From Antedon mediterranea (Eukaryota > Animalia > Echinodermata), in NCBI RefSeq assembly GCF_964355755.1, contig NC_092678.1, positions 16,101,881 through 16,165,880 of the forward strand: a stretch of DNA of 64,000 nt, written 5' to 3'. Made by a program: the position numbers and the translations under genes. The notes below the pieces were generated by a model. It did no database searches. It was given only the letters and a program-made list of their open reading frames with translations, and had not been told where the DNA came from. Of the stretch, positions 11,532 through 24,779 are shown in pieces. The first letter of the stretch is position 1. Each line of letters opens with the position of its first letter.

Positions 11532-12778
11532 GGGTGCAGGTCAAGTCGGCCCTATAACCGTCTCGGCCAAAGTCAAGTCGGCCGCACGTCAAGTAGGCCC
11601 AAAGTCAACTCGGCCCCAAGTCAACTCGGCCTCAAGTCAACTCGGCCTCACGTCAACTCGGCCAAAAACTAATCGGTCAACTCGGCCACAATAAAGTATG
11701 GAACGCAAAAAGTGCTTAATATTATTATGATTCTTACTATCCACGCTTTTAAAAAAATGAATAAAAAAAAAATATATAATTAAATAATATCATATAAAAA
11801 AATGAACTCATTCCCCCGGTCAGTGAAAACACGTAGCAGTTGTAGAGTCGAAAAAGCTGCCAAAGGCGCAGCTACGAATTGTTTTCAATTGTGCAATTTG
11901 AAATTTTATTAAACGTATTAATAAAGGAAATTTGGTGAAATCATTCCTAATTTTTTTGCTAAATATATTATTGAGGCCGAGTTGACTTGAGGCCGAGTTG
12001 ACTTGAGGCCGAGTTGACTTGAGGCCGAGTTGACTTGAGGCCGAGTTGACTTGAGGCCGAGTTGACTTGAGGCCGAGTTGACTTGAGGCCGAGTTGACTT
12101 GAGGCCGAGTTGACTTGAGGCCGAGTTGACTTGAGGCCGAGTTGACTTGAGGCCGAGTTGACTTGAGGCCGAGTTGACTTGAGGCCGAGTTGACTTGAGG
12201 CCGAGTTGACTTGAGGCCGAGTTGACTTGAGGCCGAGTTGACTTGAGGCCGAGTTGACTTGAGGCCGAGTTGACTTGAGGCCGAGTTGACTTGAGGCCGA
12301 GTTGACTTGAGGCCGAGTTGACTTGAGGCCGAGTTGACTTGAGGCCGAGTTGACTTGAGGCCGAGTTGACTTGAGGCCGAGTTGACTTGAGGCCGAGTTG
12401 ACTTGAGGCCGAGTTGACTTGAGGCCGAGTTGACTTGAGGCCGAGTTGACTTGAGGCCGAGTTGACTTGAGGCCGAGTTGACTTGAGGCCGAGTTGACTT
12501 GAGGCCGAGTTGACTTGAGGCCGAGTTGACTTGAGGCCGAGTTGACTTGAGGCCGAGTTGACTTGAGGCCGACTTGACTTGAGGCCGACTTGACTTGAGG
12601 CCGACTTGACTTGAGGCCGACTTGACTTGAGGCCGACTTGACTTGAGGCCGACTTGACTTGAGGCCGACTTGACTTGAGGCCGACTTGACTTGAGGCCGA
12701 CTTGACTTGAGGCCGACTTGACTTGAGGCCGACTTGACTTTGGTCGAGACGGTTTAGGGCCGACTTGGATCGAAACCC
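11532..12778. mobile_element. TIR element carrying a 16-bp subterminal array
   Basis: Imperfect TIR GGGT...CAAGTCGGCCCTA; ATAAAAAG duplicated (8 bp; 10 bp if termini are GG/CC); empty site at 14121-14142. Confidence 0.8.
11971..12738. repeat. 16-bp minisatellite TTGAGGCCGA(G/C)TTGAC x48
   Basis: 768 bp = 37 G-type units followed by 11 C-type units (switch at 12563). Confidence 0.97.
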
Positions 12779-15700
12779 ATAAAAAGGCCTCATAGTAGAG
12801 CCAAAGGTGTTAGCCCACTACTACGGATCACTAACATCTAGGGCTAGCTAGCCTAGGCCTATGAGAGTTAATTTTAAATTAAGTAGTTACTGTAGGCCTA
12901 TGGCTTCAGTAATTTCGGTCGCATTTTCGGCCTACTTTTCAGGACATGTGAGAGGTGAGGTAGGTTAGCCCAGCTAGGCTAACCTGTAAGTGTAAGTAGT
13001 ATTCTAGCCCATCCATGTGATGGGTACGAGTTGGCATTGGTACGGGTTGACCCGTATCCGTATTGTAGCTAGGGTGCTGGTCAACCCGTACCCAAACCAA
13101 CCCGTATGTAATATAAATATACTTTTATTAGCATGGGTACGGGTTAACCTGTAACCTTCTAGCTAATCGTACTAAGCCTAGAGTAGGTCTATGCCACCCA
13201 GACCGGCTACAATAATGGTCTATTCTGTTACCATACTGTAATGTGGTCCAGGTTGAGGGGCCAGGAATGATGGTAGTGCCAGTATACCGTGTACTGTAGT
13301 TTAGCCTCAAGGCAATACCATGTAGCCGTAGTAGCTTGGAGAAATACAGTAGAGATTTATGAGACTTGGTGTGTGATGATTCAGTATGATAATTGGTCCT
13401 GTAAAAAATAAAATTGTTGAATTATGAAGAAAATATTGTAAAATATAACAAGTAAATTATACTACTGTATAGTATAATTAAGGGGTAACCGTATAATATA
13501 TAATTATATAATAAATGCAATGGCAATTACTAATATTATGTATACAATATTACATTTAAATTCATATATTATTTTATTATGATAAGGAAATCTGTTTTAG
13601 AATGAGAAAAAGCCGCCCAAACCCATATTTGAACCCAGCTATCAATAAAGCTACAGTATAAACAGAATAGACCATCAGGGTAGCATAGACCTACTCTAGG
13701 CCTAGAAAATTTTCTAGAAGGATACAGGTCAACCCTTACCCATGCCAAATCATACCCAAATTTTGGTTTACTCATACCTAAAATGTTGGCCCACCCGTAC
13801 CCATCATGGGCTGGCTCGTACTCATCATGGGCTGGCCTGTACCCATGTTTAATGCTATTAAATGTATATTTATATTACATACGGGTTGGTTTGGGTACGG
13901 GTTGACCAGCACCCTAGCTAGAATACGGATCAACCCGTACCAATGCCAACTCGTACCCACCTACCTCACCTCTCACATGTCCTGAAAAGTAGGCCGAAAA
14001 TGCGACCGAAATTACTGAAGCCCTAGGCCTAACTACTTAATTTAAAATTAACTCTATAGGCCTAGATAGTAGTGATCCGCAGTAGTGGGCTAACACCTTT
14101 CTTTGCTTTGGCTCTACTACGAGGCCTTTTTATGCTCATAGGATAGCTTTTTTGCGGCGTACCTAATGTAGGCCTATGCCTATCTAGGCCAGATTTGTCA
14201 TTCTCGCATGACTATAGCATATGCTCTAGTAGGGCTAGTGGGTGTACCCTGGTGGATTCACCCCCTGGTCGACTCGTACCCATGCCAACTCGCACTTAAT
14301 TTCGTACCCACCACCCCCTCGTACCGCCTCGTACCACCCAAATAATTGGTTGATTTCACGCTAGTAGGCCTAGCCTAGCTACGATATTCATTATGCCCTG
14401 CTAAAAAGGTAGATGAGCTACTAAACTAATTACGTAATTCGTATAATCAATAACAATAATTGACTAGGCCTAGGCCTTTCTTGCATGGCAATACCATAAA
14501 TCTGCTACTATTCTGGTTGCCGAGTGGATCTTATATTGAATACATTATTATAACGTTACAAATGGTCTCCAGATAGGAACCTATTGACAGCGATATCGTG
14601 TATTAAAAGTACTTAATACAGTCAGATAGGTCTCTGGTAGACTGTCGACAGTCTTCCAGATTGAGTGTACTAACAGCTACAGAATCGGGTGACAGAATCA
14701 AAGAATGTACTTTTATATGTATTTTTTTTATTTTATCTAAACTGTATAATTATTTTTAAAATGTAAATATTATAATACTGTATATAATTAAGTTTATCAA
14801 AGAAATTGTACATCGTTTAGGCCTATAATGTTTAAAATCTTGGAAACAATTAATGCAACTGGTGTTGTATATTTTTATCAATACAATCATTTTATTTATA
14901 ATATAAATAGAATCGATTCCCAATATCACACAAACTCAGTTTCAATGAAACAAGGCATGACTCAAAAACTTGATTTCGACAAAATAAATATGTTGAACCG
15001 TGGAGGAAATACAGTATATAGAAAGAAATACAGAATATGAGTTGCCTGTCAAAAAAAACACATTGTATTTACAACCAAAATTCAATACAAACACAACTGC
15101 TTTCTGGTTGTATTTTTATTATACCGAATAAATAAAATAAATAAATAAATATGAATAATCCGAATTAACATTGATTCACAACGTGAATCTACATCATGTT
15201 GACATAAGCCATTACAATTGTTACTGTATAACGAAACAAATGTCAGATTAAAGTGGTGTGTCGAAAGTGAAACTCTACTAATTACACCATAACATAGTGC
15301 GTAGATAATGCTATTAATTACACGAGAATAATTCTCGGTTGGGGGGACTTTTTCTCATTTTCACAGATTTAAAATTAATTTAATTTCAGTATATCACCGG
15401 GCGGTTTAGAATTGATGTTCTGTGTTTATAAAATTATATATTCATTTTATTTTAAAAGATATAACAGTATAACAAATCTGAATAAGCATTGGACAACTTG
15501 AATCATGTTCACATTGGCCTATATAATATTGTTACTGTATAACAAATACAATTTGGACTCTTTTACAATGTTATTTAATATAAGATATTTTTGAGAAGCT
15601 ATGCATGGTGGTGACAAATGTTCATAAAAGAAGACATCATGCTTGTACTATTGTTTCAGTGGGGATAGTTCATATTTTTTTTTTAGGTTAATCAAATTAT

Positions 15701-15858
15701 TTATGTGAGCATAAAAATCTAAAAATTTACTGTACATTGTTTTTTAGATTTAGTATGAATTCGAATCTAACCGGTAAATTTGTTTATAATATGTTTATTT
15801 GTTTATTATTGTTTCACACAGCAGTGGATGAAATAGGCTATGAGATGAGATGAGATGA

Positions 15859-16032
15859 GCTGCCCGTGATAACAAGAAGAGCATACTCATCCCTCGTCAT
15901 CTTCGACTTGCCATCCGTAATGATGAAGAGTTGAACCGACCTATCGGTAGTGTGACCATCGCACAGGGAGGTGTACTACCAAACATTCAAGCCGTACTTC
16001 TACCAAAGAAAATCCAGGCCAAAGCCAAGTAA
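15859..16032 (+). pseudogene. H2A: Histone H2A C-terminal fragment (orphon)
   Basis: [51 protein letters not shown]...*; N-terminal half replaced by (ATGAG)n; substitutions at invariant residues. Confidence 0.92.
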
Positions 16033-16067
16033 ATCATCGTACTGCTAACGGCATTCTCAAACCAAAC

Positions 16068-16101
16068 GGCTTTTTTCAGAGCCACCACTTGTCCAAAAGA
16101 A
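16068..16101 (+). terminator. Histone 3' stem-loop and downstream element
   Basis: GGCTTTTTTCAGAGCC-ACCA followed by CAAAAGAAA. Confidence 0.85.
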
Positions 16102-16516
16102 ATTGCAAATGGCAGTTTTAAACAAACCACAGCTCGTAACTAGGCCTATCCACTAATTATCGATGATGCCGATCACATCACATAAGTTTTGCCCGAGTTT
16201 TTAAAAACAATTTTTTTTTTAAATTCATTAAAAAAAATAAAACCATAACACAAAATCACTAAAAATATAAAGTAATAGGTATCAAAGTATTATGAACGTT
16301 TAAATAAAGTAACTTACAGTGATCAAACAATATTAAAAACTATCAATTATTATTTCCATTTTTTAAAGTAAATAATAAGTAATTGTTAATTTGGTAAATT
16401 CTGTATTTTTTTACAATTAGGTAACTAATCTAACTGAATATAATTAATTAATCAGATATATACATTTTATAACATAATTTGTTTTTTTTCTCTTTAGCCT
16501 AACATAATATTAATAA

Positions 16517-16595
16517 ATTGATTGATTGATTGAAATATATATTTATACTGGGTAACCTCTTCAGTCAAAGACTGGTCTCCCAGAGGGCCCAGTTG

Positions 16596-16600
<5 letters not shown>
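16517..16600 (-). mobile_element. 3' tail of the SINE family seen at 25370
   Basis: Reverse complement of 25608-25685 with a (CAAT)n tail. Confidence 0.8.
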
Positions 16601-16630
<30 letters not shown>

Positions 16631-16632
<2 letters not shown>

Positions 16633-16766
16633 CTCTGCTAACTTTTCTGGCTGTTTACTTTATCGTTTTGATTTAGCTTTTCGCTTTTATTTTTGTATCT
16701 CCATTGAGATCCAGCCACTGATACCCACAGCATTGTCATTTTTTGCAGTAATTTGCCTTTGGATTT
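16631..16766 (+). mobile_element. Truncated Penelope-like repeat between (TA)n tracts
   Basis: Near-identical to 61962-62090 and 62099-62226. Confidence 0.75.
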
Positions 16767-18074
16767 ATATATATATATACATACATATACATACACACAC
16801 CCACACACACCCATATACATTTTTCTAAAAAAGTAACTTTCAGTGGTCAAACAATATTAAAAAATATAAACAGACTTGATTTTTAACGTAAAAAATCGTA
16901 CTTTTATTTAGAAATTCTGCATTTATCATATATAACTGCAGATAATATTAATACAATAGACTAAAAAATACAGTAAAATATAGGCGGCCTAATTATTAAA
17001 AATATGTTTTAAAATGGCCTGTGGATGTTGTCCGAGGCCTTGAGGGGCCACTATACTACTGAATTTAAACTGAAAATGTACTCCTAAACTTCTAATATAC
17101 CCATAAATCATGGATCCTTCAAAATATTGGTTTTGATTATTGGTTTAAAAAAAATACGTCATCCATACTTTGTGCCTTCTCTAAGCTTGGTTCAATTCAC
17201 ATTATGCAAAGGTTGTTTGATATAATGCACTGAGTTGCATAATCGCAAGAAAATACAGTCTCGTCCTGGAGTGCCGCGGTACCATAGAACGGCACGCAAG
17301 CGTGTTGACCAATGAAGAGCGGGAGTTCGGATAATTCATCGCTTGTGATTGGTTACAAATCATACGTTTTTTTGCATGGGAACCATCGACGTAAAGTTGT
17401 AGAACACTATTAATGTAAATTTAGGATTTAGGAGTTCATCGAACTCCTGGTTAAACGCATGGTATACCCTAGTTAAATTCACATCTTCAAAGTAATGATA
17501 GGCCGCCGGATAATTGTGTATGTCGGTTGTGAATGGCCAAAATCCATACAGATGAACCTCGTCACAAAATAAGAGCGAAGACGAAAAAACCTAAAAAAAA
17601 AAAGAAGAAAAACAATGAATATTTTAATATAATATATTTTAAAATAAAGCATAACCATAATGGAGATATCTACCACCAACAATTCATCTTGCTTGTGGTC
17701 ATGTGTTTTACTACAGAGACCACTGTGACAAAAAAAAATGGCTGCCTGTGTCAACAGAGTTTCAGAACGGAAATCTATTCAGATTTTCAAAATAATAAAT
17801 GGTTTATCTCCTGAGTACTTAAAAACCAGTCTTTATGTTCAAAACCAAATTCATAATTATAAAACTAGATTTTCTACGATAAGAAAGTCTATCTATAAAC
17901 CAAAATCAGGTATACATAGTGAGGAATAAGTTGCCCAATTAAGTAAACCTACAATATGCTCAATCTCTTATTTTTTTCAATTTTCTCTTAAAGAAGCAAT
18001 ATAAATCAGTACAAAGGAATATGGAGAGTCGATTGTTTATGTACGATGCTTTATTTATGTATGTTCTTAGGGAT

Positions 18075-18495
18075 GTTGATGATGACATTAGACGTCAATA
18101 CAGATCTTATACACTAGCACGTAAATTCAGCAAATGCTTGATGTTCAAATCTTATTGCATTTCTCTTCTTTGTGTGTTTACAACAATGCTCTTCGATTAT
18201 TTTTAAGATTGCCTAGACACTGCAGTGCTAGTGATATTTTTTGTTATTATTAATTTTCATTGTTACAGATAATGTAAGCTAGCAAAAATGAAATTATAGA
18301 ATATATTGTGGTGGTATCATTTGAATCATCCAGGCTCCATAACAAAATGATGGAGATCCTGAGATGATCTGAATACCGGTGTTTTTTGTTTTTTTTTTTG
18401 CGTCTGCCTTTTTTATTTAAACTGATTTATGCAATTTATTTTGTAACTATGGACGTCCGTTTTCGAAATAAAATTAAATGAATGAATGAATGATT
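18075..18495 (+). mobile_element. Degenerate LINE 3' fragment
   Basis: DDDIRRQYR...ARKFSKC...FKSYC motifs shared with 32397-32760; AATAAA + (GAAT)n tail. Confidence 0.6.
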
Positions 18496-20492
18496 ATCTT
18501 GATTTATAGTAATACTATTAAGTATCAGTTCTTGTAATCGTTGTATTTGTTATGTTTTTTCTACAATTCTGTTAATTATAGGCCTATAGAAGTTTCATTT
18601 AGAGACCACAGTATAGTAGAAATAAGATGCTAATTGTACTTTCCTGTATTTTTATCCTTGATTGATCCTTTACAAAATAAAAAAGAAAACGTTTTTACAA
18701 CTGGATCATGGAGGTATAAAACCCACAATGTATACATGTTTTTGGATGAATGCACCAATTATTAGGTTTGCATGCATGATGATTTCACTACGACTATTGT
18801 GTGTGTATTTACTTTTGGCGGCAGAAGGTGTTGGATTACTATATTGGGACACCACTTACTTCCAGATGATTTATACCAAGATAAAACACTATTGGCTCCA
18901 TTTTGTTACAGCTCAGGTACAGGCATGACTTTTAAATATAATATCTGATTAATTGTACATAAATCAAATATTTGTAACAGAAATCAAGACGAAAAAACAT
19001 GAATTCCATTAATATGGTCAAATACAACATTTGGCAAAATTCTGCCATAAAAACCAAGAAGACTTTTTTTCAGTAATTAGGTAGTTGAACTTAATGTAAT
19101 AACATGTCTGGTGACTCCCTAGAAGGTGAAAAAAAGATGGTGGATATACGGTTGATAATTTTTGCTACAGCATGAAAATAAAAATATGAAGTTTAATAAA
19201 AATACCAGAAATGTAAAATTCAAGTTATATAACCTATATTTAGTCATCTGATAACATTTTTACCACACCGTTTATTTTTCATCTTTTTAAAATGCCTCTC
19301 TATTTACAAAATTTGTGTACAAACGAATACAGATTTTACTGTGTAATTTGAACTATCCCCACACTGATAAGAAAGTGCTTATTTTCAACAAGCTCGTGTA
19401 ACACAAATAAAATCCCCAAAAATTATGAAAACTATAGAGCGATAATTATTGGAATGTATGATCAATAGAAATTGTTTGCCCGCACCTGGCCTTTGAAACT
19501 ATAATATTGTAAATCATTTTTATTTCAAGATATATCATAGGACGAAAAAACATTTTCACCCGTACCCTTAATACGAATTGATTTCTTTGTCCGCAATGTG
19601 TATACCATTGTGATTGTGAATCGTTACACGGTACCTTTTTGTATGAACAGTATTTAATATTGTAAACTTGTTGTAGTACGGGTTTTGTCTAAATTTATTA
19701 ATGTTTTTTTCAAGGTAATAATTTATTTTTTGATCAAATTAAATGGACATTAAATGGGATATTCAACAAACAAATTTCTAAAGATGATTTAGTTTAGTTT
19801 AAATTGGCTATCGAGACTCATTAGGCTGACCACCACTTGCAATATTTTCGCCGTATACAGTATAAACCTCAATTTTTTTAAAGGAATTTACTTATTTATT
19901 TCAATAACTATATACAGTAGTGACTTCAGTGGTGTATAGTTTGTAACGTTTTATAATTTGTTTTTGTACTTTTTTACGTGAATGTACGTATTGTGTATGT
20001 ACCATGTTTCTATGTGGTTACATTTTTACCATTTTTTTACCATCAATTTTAATGCTTTTAATATAAATAACTTGTAATTCAGCTTCAGCTGCGAAGACGA
20101 TTTGAAATAAAATAAACGAACGTATAAACGTAACTTCTGGCAGTTTATGCTTATAACGTTAATGTACCAATGGCCTACTTTAAACTAAATATAATAAGTC
20201 AACGTTGCAACTCTTTTACATTGTAGAGTGCCAAATCACATGTTCTAATGGATGTCCACATGAAGAAGATTCCGGGTTAAATCCTTTTCAAATATAGTTC
20301 AAATTGAGAGATGATAAATCAATGTCAAAGGTTAATAATGTTAGAAATAGCACTTCCATTCATTTTTGGACAAACTTTTCATTAAAGTTAATATAAAAAC
20401 ATACATTCTAACGATTTTGACATCATAATTAAGTATCTGTGACTAGCGGTTTCCAAGATACAGAATAGCCTACGTTATTAAAATGGCCGCCA

Positions 20493-20617
20493 TTTTTAGT
20501 CGCGTGGACGCAACTCTATAGTTCACTATGTCGGTCGGTCGGTCGGTCTGTCTGTCGGTCTGTCGGTCCGGTATCACTATGCGTTTTAGCACGCGACTTA
20601 TGGCTGTTGGCCTTGTT
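20493..20617 (+). mobile_element. Helentron-associated element (HINE/DINE-1-like)
   Basis: T-run, subterminal IR AGTCGCGTG/CACGCGACT, 5' hairpin, (GTCG/GTCT)n microsatellite, short 3' hairpin, no TSD; four copies in the window. Confidence 0.75.
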
Positions 20618-21727
20618 AATTATGCAAATTAGGCTACTTCCCGTTGTCGATTAATGTTCTAACGTTGATAAATGTGTTCAGTAGGGTCTAAAGAAGACGT
20701 TTCATCAAAAAAACCTTTCTTGCAATTTGTGTTCAAAAAGGGTAATTTTTTAAAAATTCTTAAAAATACACAGAAAATAAACAAAAATAAAAAAACAATA
20801 AAAACAAAAATAATAATAAACCCACCGACATGATCGCTGTCCGTCACTGAAATATTCAAATTACAAAACATTAAGTAGTAATAACTAAACATAATATTTT
20901 GACAATAGTGAAGAAGTAGTAATAACTAAAAATAATATTTTGACAATAGCAATAATGAAGAACAAAAAATAATTAAATACATATAACAACAGTAAATAAT
21001 AATTATAATATAACTGAGAATAACAATTGAAAATATATACTGTACTGCCCTCTATACCACAACAAGACAAACATTAACGTGAAAATGACACAAAGAGCAA
21101 ACTCGAGTTGTTGCCGGGTGTTGTGTGCACTTTTTCTTGGCTAATATATTGAAATACGATAAGTTTTGTAATTACGAAGTAAGTTAATTTGTATACAGTA
21201 TACGATGTATACTTTTACACACTGTGCATAATAGAAGGTTATAAAAACTATGGAGAAGGTTGTTAGTTTAATACTTAAATACTTTATTTCTTGTATGTCT
21301 ATTGTAATTTTTATGGGAGTTCATTTTTCTCCGGCATGCGTGCTTTAAATAGGTATGTATGCCCCAGGTTAATATTTGCTAGGTCTTTGTGTTGCATATA
21401 AAGGAAGTAAAGATCTTAATAAGGCGGAAAATGTAAAATAATGCATTGGCCTATATTTAAGTAAAGCTCATGATTTTTTAAAGCCCCTTTTCTCCTTGAT
21501 TTATAATTTTCACGCAATTTGGCCTGTATTTACTTTTGAAATAAAGAAATATATATTTTATATATTAAACACATCATGCACCAAACATGAATTTTAAGCC
21601 GCCTGGTGATATACTGAAATTTAATTAATTAATTTTCAACGATAAAGATGAGGAAATCTGTGAGACTGAGAAAAAGTTCGCCACAACCGCGATTCGAACC
21701 CGGAACCCTCTGCTTGATATCAGAGGC

Positions 21728-23560
21728 GTTCGCAGGACTATTTTAAGAGGGTTGCCTAAGCTGTAGAAACTGAGTATTTGAGCAAGCAAATTGTTAAATG
21801 ACACCCCTAGATGGCCGCAAATGGTTTTGTTTATAATCCAAAATAATTCAAAATGTTTTTTTTAATGAGAATGTATTAGGTCTACTTGCATAAAAAACAC
21901 AGAAAAATTAACTTGGTCTGCAGTAAAGTGAGATGGCCATTTGTTTAAAAATTAAATTACTTGAAACCGTCACCTGCAAAATACAATTAAATCAAAGGTA
22001 ATCAACTTAACTGGGCTAGATCATGTCGACTACATTTAGGCATACAATAATAATAAAATAACAATAACAACAATGTATTCATGCTGAAATCTAGGCTAAG
22101 CAATGTAAAATTAACTAGGGCCTACTTTTAAGCTTACCTTTTTTTTTCATCTTTTAGCCCGTGGCTGATACTGATAACATGTACTTCAGCTGTATATTAA
22201 ACAGTAGGCTCTACTGATACAAAAATAGGTTTTATGTGCAAAATAAAAATAATTATTAAATATATGGACTTGTTCCACGTAACAGTCATCATATCGCATG
22301 CTTTCCGCACTTAATTGTGAATCCAGGGTAATACAATTCTTGCGCATTTGGGGGGAAAGTCCTGGGAATGTTTACTCCTTTCGTAGTGTAACCGTCGGAC
22401 TTTACCTATGCCAAATGTGTACGGTAACTTTATTAGATTACCTCAAAAGAAGGGAATATTATAGTTTCCCACTTTGGGGTACTTACAATCTTAAAAACTT
22501 ACACCCAAGTTGAAGGAAAAGGGGAGTTTTACTCCAAGGAGGAAACAAATTTACACGAAAATATGGTGTAAAATCCGAATTATTTTTTACAGTGTAGGTA
22601 TTCATGCAGTGATGAAGCGGAGGATTATTTTTGCAGCGTTCCATTTAAAATAAATGTTGCTATAAAGAAATATTTTGGGTGTGAAGGTTGTTAAATTCGT
22701 TGGCGCCAGCATTACTTCTTTTACCAATTTTACCAATTAAGCTAACAACAAAACATTCAACAATGATAAAATGCCCTGCAACTACTTTATGACTAAGCCT
22801 CTCCAAAATGTTAATTTTTAGAACTTTTTAGAGAACACACTAAGTAATTTTTTTCATCAATGCGGTACTTCTGGTATGGTAGTAAATAAAATACTATTAA
22901 TTAATGTAAATTAATTATTATTATCAATTAATTATTTAAAAAGTTTGAAAAATATGAAGCTGCTGCTATAAATATTGAGGAAAACGTTAAATTGTATTAT
23001 TTTGAATTAAATGCTAAATAAGTCAGCAATTATTTCATTTTCATTTATCTACTATAAACTGTACAATAAATAATAAATATAAAACAAAGAAACTAATTAT
23101 AGGACATTTGCAGAAAGAATGGAAAATCAAAACTATACGCAAAATTATGATTTGGCCTTAAATTATGGAAAAAACGCAATAATTATGAACAAGTCAACCA
23201 TATGACAGGTTTTTGCCGAACACAGTGTGTGTTGGCCTTTTCGTACCTCTCATCAGGAGAGAAATACATCCCTCTGCTCTCATGACGCGCGTACCACAAA
23301 CAACTAGTCAATCAGAAATTTATTCTGCACATGCTCAGAAAATCTCTGTGCGCGGTATAGTTGGCCTATTAGTGACTGCTTTGCATTCGGACAGTTTACA
23401 AATATTCTCTTCCAGACTGGACTTCTATAACGTATACATATGGATATTGTATACAATGAAATGGGACTCAATTTTAATTTAGTGGCAGAAACAACATTAT
23501 TAGTATGAAATAAGTCTGTTGCCCGGGTCACTAGGGCAACACCCCTGGGTCCGCCCCTTG
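21728..23560 (-). mobile_element. Rearranged, interrupted inverted copy of the element at 28986-30308
   Basis: Blocks 21737-21830, 22597-22800, 22860-23170 and 23440-23560 are reverse complements of blocks within 28986-30308. Confidence 0.65.
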
Positions 23561-24779
23561 GATATGCAGATGTCATAACCATTATACCACTTGGGCTTGC
23601 ATAGTATTGTTCAAACTCGAATTACTTTGATAAATACAAATCTCCTCATATTCGTGTTTAATTATATGCAATAAGTGACTAACAATGCGAAAGTAGGTAC
23701 CGTAGTGTAGGTCTACGACGGAACAAAGATGAACATTTCATTTTCATTTTCATTTTATTGTTCCACATAAAATATGACAAGACAAAGAAAAAAAAGAATT
23801 AAACCTGGGTAGTTATTTGTTTATGTGAGGAGACTCAAGTAAGCCAAAAAAAGGCTTTAAGGCCGAGTTCCAAAATACATCACATAGTACATGGTAACGT
23901 AAAATGTCTTTCTAAAAAAAGGAACAAAAAGCCAAACTGATTTGATTGAATATGAATACAAGGAAAAGTAAGGAATAAATTCACATAGTAACAAACTTAT
24001 TAACTATCTAAAGAATATTGATGGATTAAGTATTGTTTGCATTTTTTTTTAAACGAAAGTAAGGTAGGTAATAATTTAATGTTTAAGGTTAAATTATTCC
24101 ATAAAAATGGTCCGTTAAAAATGAAAGAATTTTTCCTGAGGGCTGTAGTGTACTTTTCATAAATAAAATGTTTCCGGGTAACATAACTAGAACTCAGTCC
24201 GTGACTAATTTCAATTCAAATTGTGGCATTACTACTGCTAGATAAATCAATGTAAATAAGGCTACATGTTTGTACGAGCAAACTCGAGTTGCTGGGTGTT
24301 GTATGCACTTTTTTCTTGGCTAATAATTTGAAATAAGAGAAGTATTTTTATGCACGATTTGAAAAGTTCTTCCAATTGATATTTTCAACATTTCAAGGTA
24401 TGTATTTCTTTTATTTTTGGTATTATCTTGGAAATCAGATTCGTCTGTCCAGTAATGTTCGATGGTTACAAAAAAATGCGCTTTTTATAGTAATAATTAC
24501 CGAATTAATACTAGGCATACACCCCAAGTATAAGGCCCGATACTGTAGACCTACATCATTTTATTTATTTTATTTCATCAAAACCAACAGCAACGAAAGT
24601 TGCCACTTAAATATATGAAACAGAAAACAGATACAATAAATACTCTATATAAATAATATATGAAGAAAACTTAAATAAATATGCAAATAGTAAAAATTAG
24701 CCTACTGAGCACGATTCTTTCTTTCTTTATTTATTTCGTAATTTGGCCTTCCGCCCATATTACATAACATGAATCAATA

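Larger units (their letters stand above)
10131..14477. mobile_element. Large foldback element with two nested insertions in its left arm
   Basis: 10140-10380, 11440-11530 and 12789-13130 are reverse complements of 14470-14214, 14214-14125 and 14125-13850; outer limits approximate, TSD not found. Confidence 0.8.

Noticed and set aside
11918-12793. 291-aa repetitive ORF; possible CRISPR-like array
   Set aside because: It is a translation of a perfect 16-bp minisatellite; there are no spacers or cas genes and the context is eukaryotic.
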